The notes: a model not told the origin generated them from the sequence alone. Positions 1-7,122 are shown, counted from the first letter of the stretch. The stretch is DNA of 13,309 bases from Promethearchaeia archaeon (GCA_029856155.1 JAHQWL010000101.1:1-13309); one strand, 5' to 3'. Numbers and translations are program-made.

Positions 1-130
1 ATAGAATTTTTATAGCCTATTCTTTCCAGTATTACATTAATGACAAAATTCTATAAGCTATACATAAAATTTTTAAGAAAATGAAATCTCACTTATATTC
101 ATAAATTAAATCTATTTAAAAGTGAATTGT

Positions 131-1525
131 ATGTCAAAAGAAGAAAACGATGTAAAAACTCCTTCTGAGATACTTAGTGATGATAATATAGAATATGAAA
201 CTACCACTTCAAGACGAAATGTGTTCTTTTGGGCTATGTATGACCTCGCAAACACAATTTATTCTATGGTAATTGTGAGTTTAATTATTAATCGTTATAT
301 ACTGGTGATAGGTCAATTAGAATATGGGATGTCTTATGGTACTGTTAGCTTCCTATATGGTGTAGTTAGTTTTATTATGCAAATAGGAGTCGCTGTTTGT
401 GTACCTATTTTAGGCGCGCTTAGTGATAATGTAGGAAAACGTAAACCTTTTGTTATAAGCTTAACGGGTATTATACTTCTTTTTGCGAGTTTACTAGGAT
501 TTTTCCACGATCTTTCAACTGTTATATTATTTTATGTTATTGCAAATGTTGCATATCAATTTAGTCTTACTTTCTATGATGCTATGCTTCCATTTATCGC
601 TAAGAGAGAAGATATTGGAAAAGTCGCTGGATTTGGAGTTGCTTGGGGATACTTTGGTACGATTCTTTCTCTTTTTATCATGTATCCATTAATTATCATT
701 TTGAATGATATGAATTCTGATCCTACTTCACCTGATCCATTAACATACGGTTATACAGGTTTCTGGTTTACATTTGTTATACCAATGATATTATTTTTAG
801 TCTGTGCTATTCCATTTCTTTATGTACGTGAAAAGCAGAAAAAAGGAAAAAGACCTCCTATAGGCAAGTTAATCAGTAATACTTTTAAGCAGTTAGGTAG
901 TACATTCAAGGATATCAGAAAACATAAATCAATGTTTATCTTCATTATAGGATATTTTTTTGTAGCGGACATTGCTAATGTTATTGTTCTCTATATGACA
1001 CCAATAGTTACTGATGGTTTACTTATTGCGGGGGGAACTTTATTTGCTATCCTTTTTATTATTATTGCTACATTTTCTGCTGTTGCCTTTACGTACTTTG
1101 TTGGAAAGTTTGGTGAAAAACATGGAGCAAAAAAGACTTTTTACCTTGTAGGTGCTTTATGGGGAATTTCCTTAACTATAGGTATCTTATTAATATTTTC
1201 AACAGATGGTATAGAACTTGGAGCAAATCTCCCCTTTATACTTAGTATTATCATGGGAGTGGTAGCAGGCCCCGCTTTAGGAGGAACATGGACAGCCCAA
1301 AGAATCATGGTTGTAGAACTTGCCCCTAAAGAAAAATTCGGTCAATTTTTTGGATTTTCTAAATTAAGTGGAAAACTTTCTTCCGCATTAGGTCCATTTA
1401 TTTGGGGTACTGTAATGTTATCTTATGATATAATAGGCAATAATGCATTTGGTTGGGCGATGATAGCTGTTGGTATCATAATGGGTCTTGGAATTTTGAT
1501 TATATCCTTTGTAAAAAATGAATAA
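131..1525 (+). CDS. MFS transporter, UMF1/Atg22-like (YxiO/BtlA-type) family
   Basis: About 12 hydrophobic segments; N-terminal WAMYDLANTIYS, LGALSDNVGKRK (MFS motif A-like), FYDAMLP and FFGFSKLSGKLSSALGP are typical of this family. The ORF track starts at GTG 122; ATG 131 preferred because AGTGA lies just upstream. Confidence 0.85.
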   Translation: MSKEENDVKTPSEILSDDNIEYETTTSRRNVFFWAMYDLANTIYSMVIVSLIINRYILVIGQLEYGMSYGTVSFLYGVVSFIMQIGVAVCVPILGALSDNVGKRKPFVISLTGIILLFASLLGFFHDLSTVILFYVIANVAYQFSLTFYDAMLPFIAKREDIGKVAGFGVAWGYFGTILSLFIMYPLIIILNDMNSDPTSPDPLTYGYTGFWFTFVIPMILFLVCAIPFLYVREKQKKGKRPPIGKLISNTFKQLGSTFKDIRKHKSMFIFIIGYFFVADIANVIVLYMTPIVTDGLLIAGGTLFAILFIIIATFSAVAFTYFVGKFGEKHGAKKTFYLVGALWGISLTIGILLIFSTDGIELGANLPFILSIIMGVVAGPALGGTWTAQRIMVVELAPKEKFGQFFGFSKLSGKLSSALGPFIWGTVMLSYDIIGNNAFGWAMIAVGIIMGLGILIISFVKNE

Positions 1526-1542
1526 TCTATAAAATTATTATC

Positions 1543-1569
1543 CTTTTCTTTTTTTTATTTAATTTTTTT
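1543..1569 (+). terminator. Oligo-T tract, putative archaeal-type terminator
   Basis: Long T runs starting about 18 nt after the MFS stop codon. Confidence 0.45.
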
Positions 1570-1741
1570 AAAAGTTCGTCATACATTTTAACTTCCATTG
1601 AAGTTCAATAGCTTAAACTATAAATTATCAAATTTCATTATCTTAATTAATTGAAGTCAAATTAAGCTTAGGTTTAATTTTACGCTTAAAAACTAAATCA
1701 ACCTTTACTAAACTAATTATTTTCTAGAAAAAGGGATAAAA

Positions 1742-2050
1742 ATGCCAAAAATTAAAATTTCAATAATAAAAAGGTTCAGTCCTGAAGATGTTTTTGGACA
1801 TGAGTACAAAACTCCTACTGGAAAAGTAGTAGAAAAATGTCATTTTAAAGATGGTCAAGAATGGATAAGTGAAGATGGAGAAATGCCTGATGGTTTTTGT
1901 AGTTGGGCATGGACGGATTTAGCTCGCAGTATACATGTTCTGCGGTTTGGTGGTAATTTCAAGAATTGGGCAGAGGATGGAATAATGTATAATGCTTGCT
2001 CTGATGGAGTAAGACCTGTGTGTTTCAAATTAGAACGACTAGAGGAATAA
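1742..2050 (+). CDS. TIGR04076-family Cys-containing small protein
   Basis: Pattern C-x4-GQEW ... MPDGFCSWAW ... CSDGVRPVCFKLER matches my recollection of the TIGR04076 family. Confidence 0.8.
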   Translation: MPKIKISIIKRFSPEDVFGHEYKTPTGKVVEKCHFKDGQEWISEDGEMPDGFCSWAWTDLARSIHVLRFGGNFKNWAEDGIMYNACSDGVRPVCFKLERLEE

Positions 2051-2116
2051 AATGAAAAGTTAGAACGAATTTCTGATTAAATCTCATCTTAGATTCAAAA
2101 TTTTAAATCAAAAAAA

Positions 2117-2989
2117 GTGATAAATATAGGTATTAAAAAATTGGATTTTAAAACAATTTATTTTGATTTGTATGAGCTAAGTCCGGGAATTTATACGGCT
2201 ATAACCGCTGAGAAATTACCTTCTTCAAATGCTGGTTTTTTTGATTTTGGCAACTATTTGGTCATTTTTGATACACTTTTTGATCCGTTTTCCACTATTG
2301 ACTTAATTGAAGCTTCAAAGCAATTTACAAATAAAGAACCATCATTTGTAATAAATAGCCATTATCATATGGATCATTTATTAGGTAATCGTAAATTTCC
2401 TTTAAATATACCGATCATTAGTAGCTCTAAGGCATTGTCAGAATATTATAAAAATTTAAACGATACACTTAAACGCTACAAAGGAATTGCCGGACAAGAA
2501 TTAAAAAGAACAAAAGAAATTGTCAAAAAAGAAACTGAACCAGATAAGATTCTTGAATATAATAATGATATAAAAACCTATACTGAATTTCTTGACGAAA
2601 ATTTTACATTGAGACCTCCAGATTTCATTACAAATAGTTCTTTTACAATCCAAGGAACAAAAAACCAAGTTCAGATAGTACATATAGGAGATGCTCACAC
2701 ATCAGGAGATATGATTGCATACTTCGAAAAAGAAAAAATTGTTTTCATGGGAGATTTATTATTTGAGCAACCTGATCCTAGTTGGTATACTAGAACTAAT
2801 CCTGCGCCTGCTGATCCTCCTGCTAATCCTCAACGACTCTGTGATACTCTCATTGAATATATGGAAAAGGACATTGATATATATATTCCAGGACATGGGA
2901 AGATATGCTCAAAAAAAGACCTTCAAGAAAATGCAGAATTTTTCGAAAAATACTTCATTAAGAACGAAATAACTAAAACTGCAGCATAA
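2117..2989 (+). CDS. MBL-fold metallo-hydrolase (cyclase/glyoxalase II-like)
   Basis: SNAG..., IFDT, HYHMDH (HxHxDH), AHTSGD, FMGDL and IPGHG give the full set of MBL metal-ligand motifs. Confidence 0.88.
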   Translation: MINIGIKKLDFKTIYFDLYELSPGIYTAITAEKLPSSNAGFFDFGNYLVIFDTLFDPFSTIDLIEASKQFTNKEPSFVINSHYHMDHLLGNRKFPLNIPIISSSKALSEYYKNLNDTLKRYKGIAGQELKRTKEIVKKETEPDKILEYNNDIKTYTEFLDENFTLRPPDFITNSSFTIQGTKNQVQIVHIGDAHTSGDMIAYFEKEKIVFMGDLLFEQPDPSWYTRTNPAPADPPANPQRLCDTLIEYMEKDIDIYIPGHGKICSKKDLQENAEFFEKYFIKNEITKTAA

Positions 2990-3019
2990 AGCTTTTAATA
3001 ATCTAAAATAAAGTTTAAG

Positions 3020-3033
3020 ATTTCTTTTTTTTT
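3020..3033 (+). terminator. Oligo-T tract, putative terminator of the MBL gene
   Basis: T-rich run about 30 nt after the stop codon. Confidence 0.4.
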
Positions 3034-3096
3034 AACATTTAAGTCAAAGTATTCAATACTTCTATTTTTTCAAGTGAAATATCAGAAATCTATAAC

Positions 3097-3110
3097 TTTT
3101 TATATAAAAA
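3097..3110. promoter_or_regulatory. Palindromic TATA-like element TTTTTATATAAAAA
   Basis: Perfect 14-bp palindrome containing TTTATATA, just outside the left inverted repeat. It would lie upstream of the 74-aa gene only in the flipped orientation. Confidence 0.35.
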
Positions 3111-3122
3111 CCTTTGGTTTCC

Positions 3123-3341
3123 TCACGGTTTATATATATTTAAAAATAAAATGATTAAATTTGAAATGTTATTAAAACAAACTTGTGAATTCTTACTTTT
3201 AAACAAATCTGCCACGAGTTTTGATAATAAGAAAAACTTCCTTTTTTGGAGTCTTCTCCTATTAAATGAATTTTCTGGTTTGAATATATATTTCAATAAA
3301 TTTTCGACTTTTTTTTCAATTAAACGTGAATCCCCCATCAA
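3123..3341 (-). CDS. N-terminal part (70 aa plus KP-stop) of an inversion-split small protein; basic N-terminal region
   Basis: 72-aa ORF (TTG 3341 or ATG 3338; GAGTGA upstream) ending just past IRL. Its last residues FNNISNLIILFLNIY align with the middle of the neighbouring paralogues (FLDIPNLAIPFSAVF; FPDVSQFLTSFADLG). Confidence 0.7.
   Translation of the reverse strand: MMGDSRLIEKKVENLLKYIFKPENSFNRRRLQKRKFFLLSKLVADLFKSKNSQVCFNNISNLIILFLNIYKP
3130..3157 (-). repeat. Left inverted repeat (IRL) of putative invertible segment
   Basis: Minus strand reads TAATCATTTTAT-tt-TTAAATATATATAA; matches plus-strand 3748-3776 in a 12-bp and a 14-bp arm. Confidence 0.85.
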
Positions 3342-3485
3342 TTAAAATTCACTCTCTTTTATGGATTATCTTTATTTAATTATAAAAAGAGGTTGAATTT
3401 TTGATAGAGGTTAAAACAATGCTTAGAGTTATATCTTATACTTATTGAATTAGAGAATTTTACATATAAATTCAAAAAAAAAAGT

Positions 3486-3710
3486 TCAATCTGCTAAGAA
3501 CTCATTAATAAGAATTTCTTGATATTCAGGAAGTCTTTCTTTAAAACACATTTTCTCGTCTCCAAAATAAATAAATCCTGGTTTTTTACTTTCACCTAAA
3601 TCAGCAAATGAAGTAAGAAACTGGGATACATCTGGGAAATGAGATTGTTCTACGGTTTGAAAAATATCTTGAATCGTTTTATATATATCTTTGGCTTCCA
3701 TTGTCAACAT
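3486..3710 (-). CDS. Small hypothetical protein, paralogue 1 of the 'ILxxEFL' family
   Basis: 74 aa; C-terminus IYFGDEKMCFKERLPEYQEILINEFLAD is clearly similar to that of 3980-4201; followed by a T run on its own strand (A run 3474-3483). Confidence 0.75.
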   Translation of the reverse strand: MLTMEAKDIYKTIQDIFQTVEQSHFPDVSQFLTSFADLGESKKPGFIYFGDEKMCFKERLPEYQEILINEFLAD

Positions 3711-3747
3711 ATCTGAACTTGATATTTTTAGACTATTTTTTTGAGTA

Positions 3748-3776
3748 TAATCATTTTATAAATTAAATATATATAA
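3748..3776 (+). repeat. Right inverted repeat (IRR) of putative invertible segment
   Basis: TAATCATTTTAT-aaa-TTAAATATATATAA; contains palindromic TTTATAAA at 3755-3762. Confidence 0.85.
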
Positions 3777-3882
3777 TGAAAAATTTCCAATGGATAATTA
3801 TTCTAGCCTAGAAGATAAGTCTCTTAAGAATTACAATTCAGAATTTAAACATATTCTGAAAGATGAATTTCTTAATGAATAA
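3763..3882 (+). pseudogene. Orphan C-terminal part of the inversion-split gene (contains a 30-aa ORF from ATG 3790)
   Basis: Translated by hand: LNIYNEKFP-MDNYSSLEDKSLKNYNSEFKHILKDEFLNE-stop. Not in the ORF track. Carries the family C-terminal motif E(F/Y)xxILxxEFL. Confidence 0.7.
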
Positions 3883-3979
3883 TAATTAACTTAGATTTAT
3901 CACTAAATTTGTCGGGACTCTCAATATAAATTAATGAATTTTTACTGTTGAATTAAATAGTAATCAATGTGAGATAAAA

Positions 3980-4201
3980 ATGGGTTTAGAGTTAATAAAT
4001 AGTAAAATTCACTTCAATGACAGTGAATTAAAAATCTCTGAAGAATTTTTAGACATTCCAAATCTAGCAATCCCATTCTCAGCTGTTTTTAAAAAAGAAG
4101 ATATACCAGACATCTATTCTGGAGAGGATAATATACCATTTAAGGAAAAAGTCTCAGAATTTCAACAAATTCTAATAAATGAGTTTTTAAGAGATAGGTA
4201 A
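3980..4201 (+). CDS. Small acidic hypothetical protein, paralogue 3 of the 'ILxxEFL' family
   Basis: 73 aa; C-terminus IYSGEDNIPFKEKVSEFQQILINEFLRDR is similar to 3486-3710 and 3763-3882. Confidence 0.75.
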   Translation: MGLELINSKIHFNDSELKISEEFLDIPNLAIPFSAVFKKEDIPDIYSGEDNIPFKEKVSEFQQILINEFLRDR

Positions 4202-4335
4202 ATTTAGCTAGAACTAAAATATAGGAAGAGAATTTCTACCTTAATTTCAGATAAGAAATTTAAATTTTATATATCAAGAAATATAAGATATAATCTATAT
4301 ATCTTTAGCATTCAAATAAAAGAAAATTCTCAATC

Positions 4336-4968
4336 ATGGAGAAATTAGATAAAATATTCGAAAAAATTCATGCAAGTTATTTTGGGTTTATTGGAATTGC
4401 TATTTTTCTTGTTGGAGCAATCCCCGCGATGTTGGTTCATAATAGTTTCAGTTTATTGACTACTTTTATTAGTGAATTGTCCGTACCAGGATGGAATGAC
4501 TTAGCTATTTTCTTTAGTGTATGTTGGTTTATAACTGGGCTTTTTATGATATTATTTATATTAGGATTTACTAGATATTTACAAGAGAAGGGAGCATCTA
4601 CAAAAGGAACTTGGATAGCGTGTATTTTAGGTGTAGTTTCAGCTATAGGTATTTTAATGTTGGCACTATTTAATACAAGGGACTTTGATGCATTACACGA
4701 TATCGCACAATACGTTTTCTTCTTCCCAGGTATTTTATACTTATTCAGTTACGCCTATCTTGAATATAAACTCTCGGAGTTTCCACTTTGGCAAGCAATG
4801 ATTAATATTATTGTAGCATTTTTCTTCATACTATACTTGGTGCTTTTTATTGTTAATAGAGTGGAAGAAACGCTACTTGTAGAAGCTAAAGTTTTAGCTG
4901 AGTGGTTATTTCTTTTTTCAAATTTATTCTGGTTTGTAGAAACAGGTGCTTTTATCCTAAAGAAATAA
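4336..4968 (+). CDS. Integral membrane protein, DUF998 / Frag1-DRAM-Sfk1-like
   Basis: About 6 TM segments; FISELS after TM1, a His (ALHDIA) after TM3 and EW in the last helix fit this clan. Confidence 0.65.
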   Translation: MEKLDKIFEKIHASYFGFIGIAIFLVGAIPAMLVHNSFSLLTTFISELSVPGWNDLAIFFSVCWFITGLFMILFILGFTRYLQEKGASTKGTWIACILGVVSAIGILMLALFNTRDFDALHDIAQYVFFFPGILYLFSYAYLEYKLSEFPLWQAMINIIVAFFFILYLVLFIVNRVEETLLVEAKVLAEWLFLFSNLFWFVETGAFILKK

Positions 4969-4978
4969 AAAATTCCAA

Positions 4979-4997
4979 TTTTTCTTTTTTTTTTTTT
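4979..4997 (+). terminator. Oligo-T tract between convergent genes
   Basis: Long T run in the 38-bp gap between the stops at 4968 and 5007. Confidence 0.45.
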
Positions 4998-5006
4998 AAT
5001 TCTTTC

Positions 5007-5324
5007 CTAAAGCTTTCCTAAAGCGAAAATCTTATTTGGAAGTACAAAGACATTTTGACACATTGGGCATGCATTATATTTTAAAAGCCAAGCTGAAACA
5101 CACGTTGAGTGATAGATGCTTTCACAATAAGAACATTTGATTGTCTTATGCTTATTAGGATCAACAATTTTATGGCAAATTGTACATTGAACTTTTTTTA
5201 TGAATTTCTCGTTATTCTTTTTTAATTTTTTGCCACAAAAAGAGCAAAAATTTGTTTTAGTATAATCAGAACTAAGTAATTTTTTCCCACAATAAGGACA
5301 AAAATTATAAATTCTCTCGGGCAA
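5007..5324 (-). CDS. Zinc-ribbon plus RING-type (C4HC3) finger protein, candidate E3 ligase
   Basis: CPYC-x14-CSFC, then C-x2-C-x13-C-x2-C-x4-H-x2-C-x3-W-x6-C-P-x-C; TTG start with AGTGA upstream. Confidence 0.8.
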   Translation of the reverse strand: MPERIYNFCPYCGKKLLSSDYTKTNFCSFCGKKLKKNNEKFIKKVQCTICHKIVDPNKHKTIKCSYCESIYHSTCVSAWLLKYNACPMCQNVFVLPNKIFALGKL

Positions 5325-5421
5325 ATATTTTTCACTAATTATAAGATACTTTTCTATACTTTACTAAAAATAAAAATAGTAATAAAATGATCTTTAGTCC
5401 AATTTTTTAACAATCTTTCTC

Positions 5422-6705
5422 CTATTCATGAAAATATTTCGTTAAGATCCATATTTCAAATAGAATCCCTATGATTGAAATAATAAATGGGGCTAAATAA
5501 CTGACACGTTCAATGAGAAATGCTCCAATAATACCTGTAGGTAAATATCCAATTCCCTGTAGAAAGCCTAAAATACCATAAGATTCAGCTTTTCTGGTTT
5601 CATCTAAATCAGTTATGATCATTTGCTGGGCACCGATAAATGTAGAAGCACTTAGACCACGCAAAATGGCACCAATACTGAGTAGTGGAATTAAAAATAA
5701 ACCAAAACTGTTTGACCAGAGTATAAAAGTTAAAATTAGTGTTGAGAAGTATCCTATACCAAAAAGTTCACTTACAATTAAAGTTCGCTTTTTCCCGATT
5801 TTATCTGCAAGATGTCCTCCAGGAATTTGAAAAACAATACTAGATATACTAAAACTAATTGATAAGAGGGCCAACTGTTCATATGTTAAATTGTATTGAG
5901 ATCTTAATCCCGCAAAATAAACCGACAGGGAAATGTTATATACTAATACATCTAGTGTGAAAAAAATAATCACTGCCTTATTTTTAGGATTAAGAAAGAT
6001 ATTACGCCAAAGTTTTTTTCTTTTAGAAGGATTTCTGGGAGTAATCATAGGATTTTTAGTTTCATTATTCAATGGATTAGAGATACCAAAGATTGTAATG
6101 AGGTAATTACCTAAATTAAAAATTATATAAATTATGAAATAAATGCGAACTTCTTTTACAATATCAAGCATTACAAAGTATTGACCACAGACTCCTCCAA
6201 GATTTATGCCAAAAAACATTAAGCCAAACATTAAACCTTTTCTCGATATCCTACTACTTTCAGAAATAAACATAAAATAACTTATCTCTCCTATAACTGA
6301 GCTCATATAGTAAAAAATTATTCCCACAACCAAAAATATTAGGTTTTTGGCAAAAATTAGAAGAAGTAGCCCTAAAATTGCTAAAGGAACATCAAATAAC
6401 CATATTTTTTTACGACTGAAGCGATCAGACAATTTTCCTACCCATGGTCTTGGAAAAAACATTATTATCCCTCCGATGGTTATGAGAATTCCTGTAATAA
6501 AGAGTGATCCTGTAACTTCCAATAAGAATGGTTGATAAACTAAAAAAAATGGACTTGAACTAAAACCATAGATTAATGCCATAAAAAATAAAGCCCAGAG
6601 ATTCCTACGCTTTAAGTTTTCTGCCTTTTGCATATCCTTAACTGCATCATGAACTTTTTCAATCTGCTCTAAATCGTCTTGAAAACGCATTTTCACGTTA
6701 ATCAC
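5422..6705 (-). CDS. MFS transporter
   Basis: About 12 TM segments; motif A in both halves (GKLSDRFSRKK, GGHLADKIGKKR). The true start may be GTG 6696 or ATG 6690, downstream of GGTGA. Confidence 0.85.
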   Translation of the reverse strand: MINVKMRFQDDLEQIEKVHDAVKDMQKAENLKRRNLWALFFMALIYGFSSSPFFLVYQPFLLEVTGSLFITGILITIGGIIMFFPRPWVGKLSDRFSRKKIWLFDVPLAILGLLLLIFAKNLIFLVVGIIFYYMSSVIGEISYFMFISESSRISRKGLMFGLMFFGINLGGVCGQYFVMLDIVKEVRIYFIIYIIFNLGNYLITIFGISNPLNNETKNPMITPRNPSKRKKLWRNIFLNPKNKAVIIFFTLDVLVYNISLSVYFAGLRSQYNLTYEQLALLSISFSISSIVFQIPGGHLADKIGKKRTLIVSELFGIGYFSTLILTFILWSNSFGLFLIPLLSIGAILRGLSASTFIGAQQMIITDLDETRKAESYGILGFLQGIGYLPTGIIGAFLIERVSYLAPFIISIIGILFEIWILTKYFHE

Positions 6706-7122
6706 CCTATTTTTTTTAGTAACTTTTTAATTCTTACTTTAACTCTCCCAAAATTGATCTAATAGAGCCTATCTACCCTGGCTAATTTTACTGAATTTTT
6801 TACTTCTCTACTTCTGGAAAATAGGCTTATAACAAATTATCATATATTTTTGAAGTAATTTAATGTATAAGATGTTTGGTAAAGTTCATAGCAATATCTA
6901 TCATTTTAATAGCTAAAATTTGGACTTAGAAAAAAAGTTTAATTCAAATATGATAATCGCTATAAACTTATTCCATTTTTAATCACTATACATATTAACA
7001 CATCTTAAATATTTAAATTTTTAGGTTTGAATTGGATTTTTTAAAGAAGAAAAGAAAATTTATTATTAATTAGGATCTCGCTAAAATAAGCTAAATTTTG
7101 ACTATAATATAGAGTTCAATTG

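Larger units (their letters stand above)
3130..3776. other. Putative inverted/invertible DNA segment (647 bp; one breakpoint inside a gene)
   Basis: Bounded by inverted repeats; inversion through the 14-bp outer arm restores a continuous ~105-aa ORF and makes three paralogues co-oriented. Confidence 0.75.

Noticed and set aside
1-54. 10-bp inverted repeat ATAGAATTTT / AAAATTCTAT (1-10, 45-54)
   Set aside because: Short, A/T-rich and cut by the window edge; cannot be distinguished from chance.
2030-2068. TTAGAACGA occurring twice around the TIGR04076 stop codon
   Set aside because: Only a 9-bp direct repeat with two copies and no associated element.
2501-2972. ORFs 2501-2698 (-) and 2715-2972 (+)
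   Set aside because: Lie within the well-supported MBL hydrolase gene in other frames; no motifs.
3123-3125. TGA ending the 72-aa ORF as a possible selenocysteine or readthrough codon
   Set aside because: Readthrough adds only GNQRFLYKKL before TAG, with no redox motif or family similarity; the inversion explains the truncation better.
3151-3345. 64-aa plus-strand ORF
   Set aside because: Antisense shadow of 3123-3341, which has an RBS-like motif and paralogue similarity.
3746-3760. TATAA-tcatt-TTATA as a dif/Xer-like site
   Set aside because: Spacer is 5 nt rather than 6, the arms do not extend, the left repeat lacks the symmetry, and the inferred crossover is in the other arm.
3130-3776. 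Segment as a MITE or IS with terminal inverted repeats
   Set aside because: No transposase or target-site duplication, and the content is host genes continuous with the flank once inverted.
5615-6535. ORFs 5615-5830 and 6347-6535 (+)
   Set aside because: Antisense shadows of the MFS gene.
6706-7122. Long intergenic gap as a hidden gene or ncRNA
   Set aside because: I found only very short ORFs in the part I translated and no GC-rich structured segment or tRNA-like fold.
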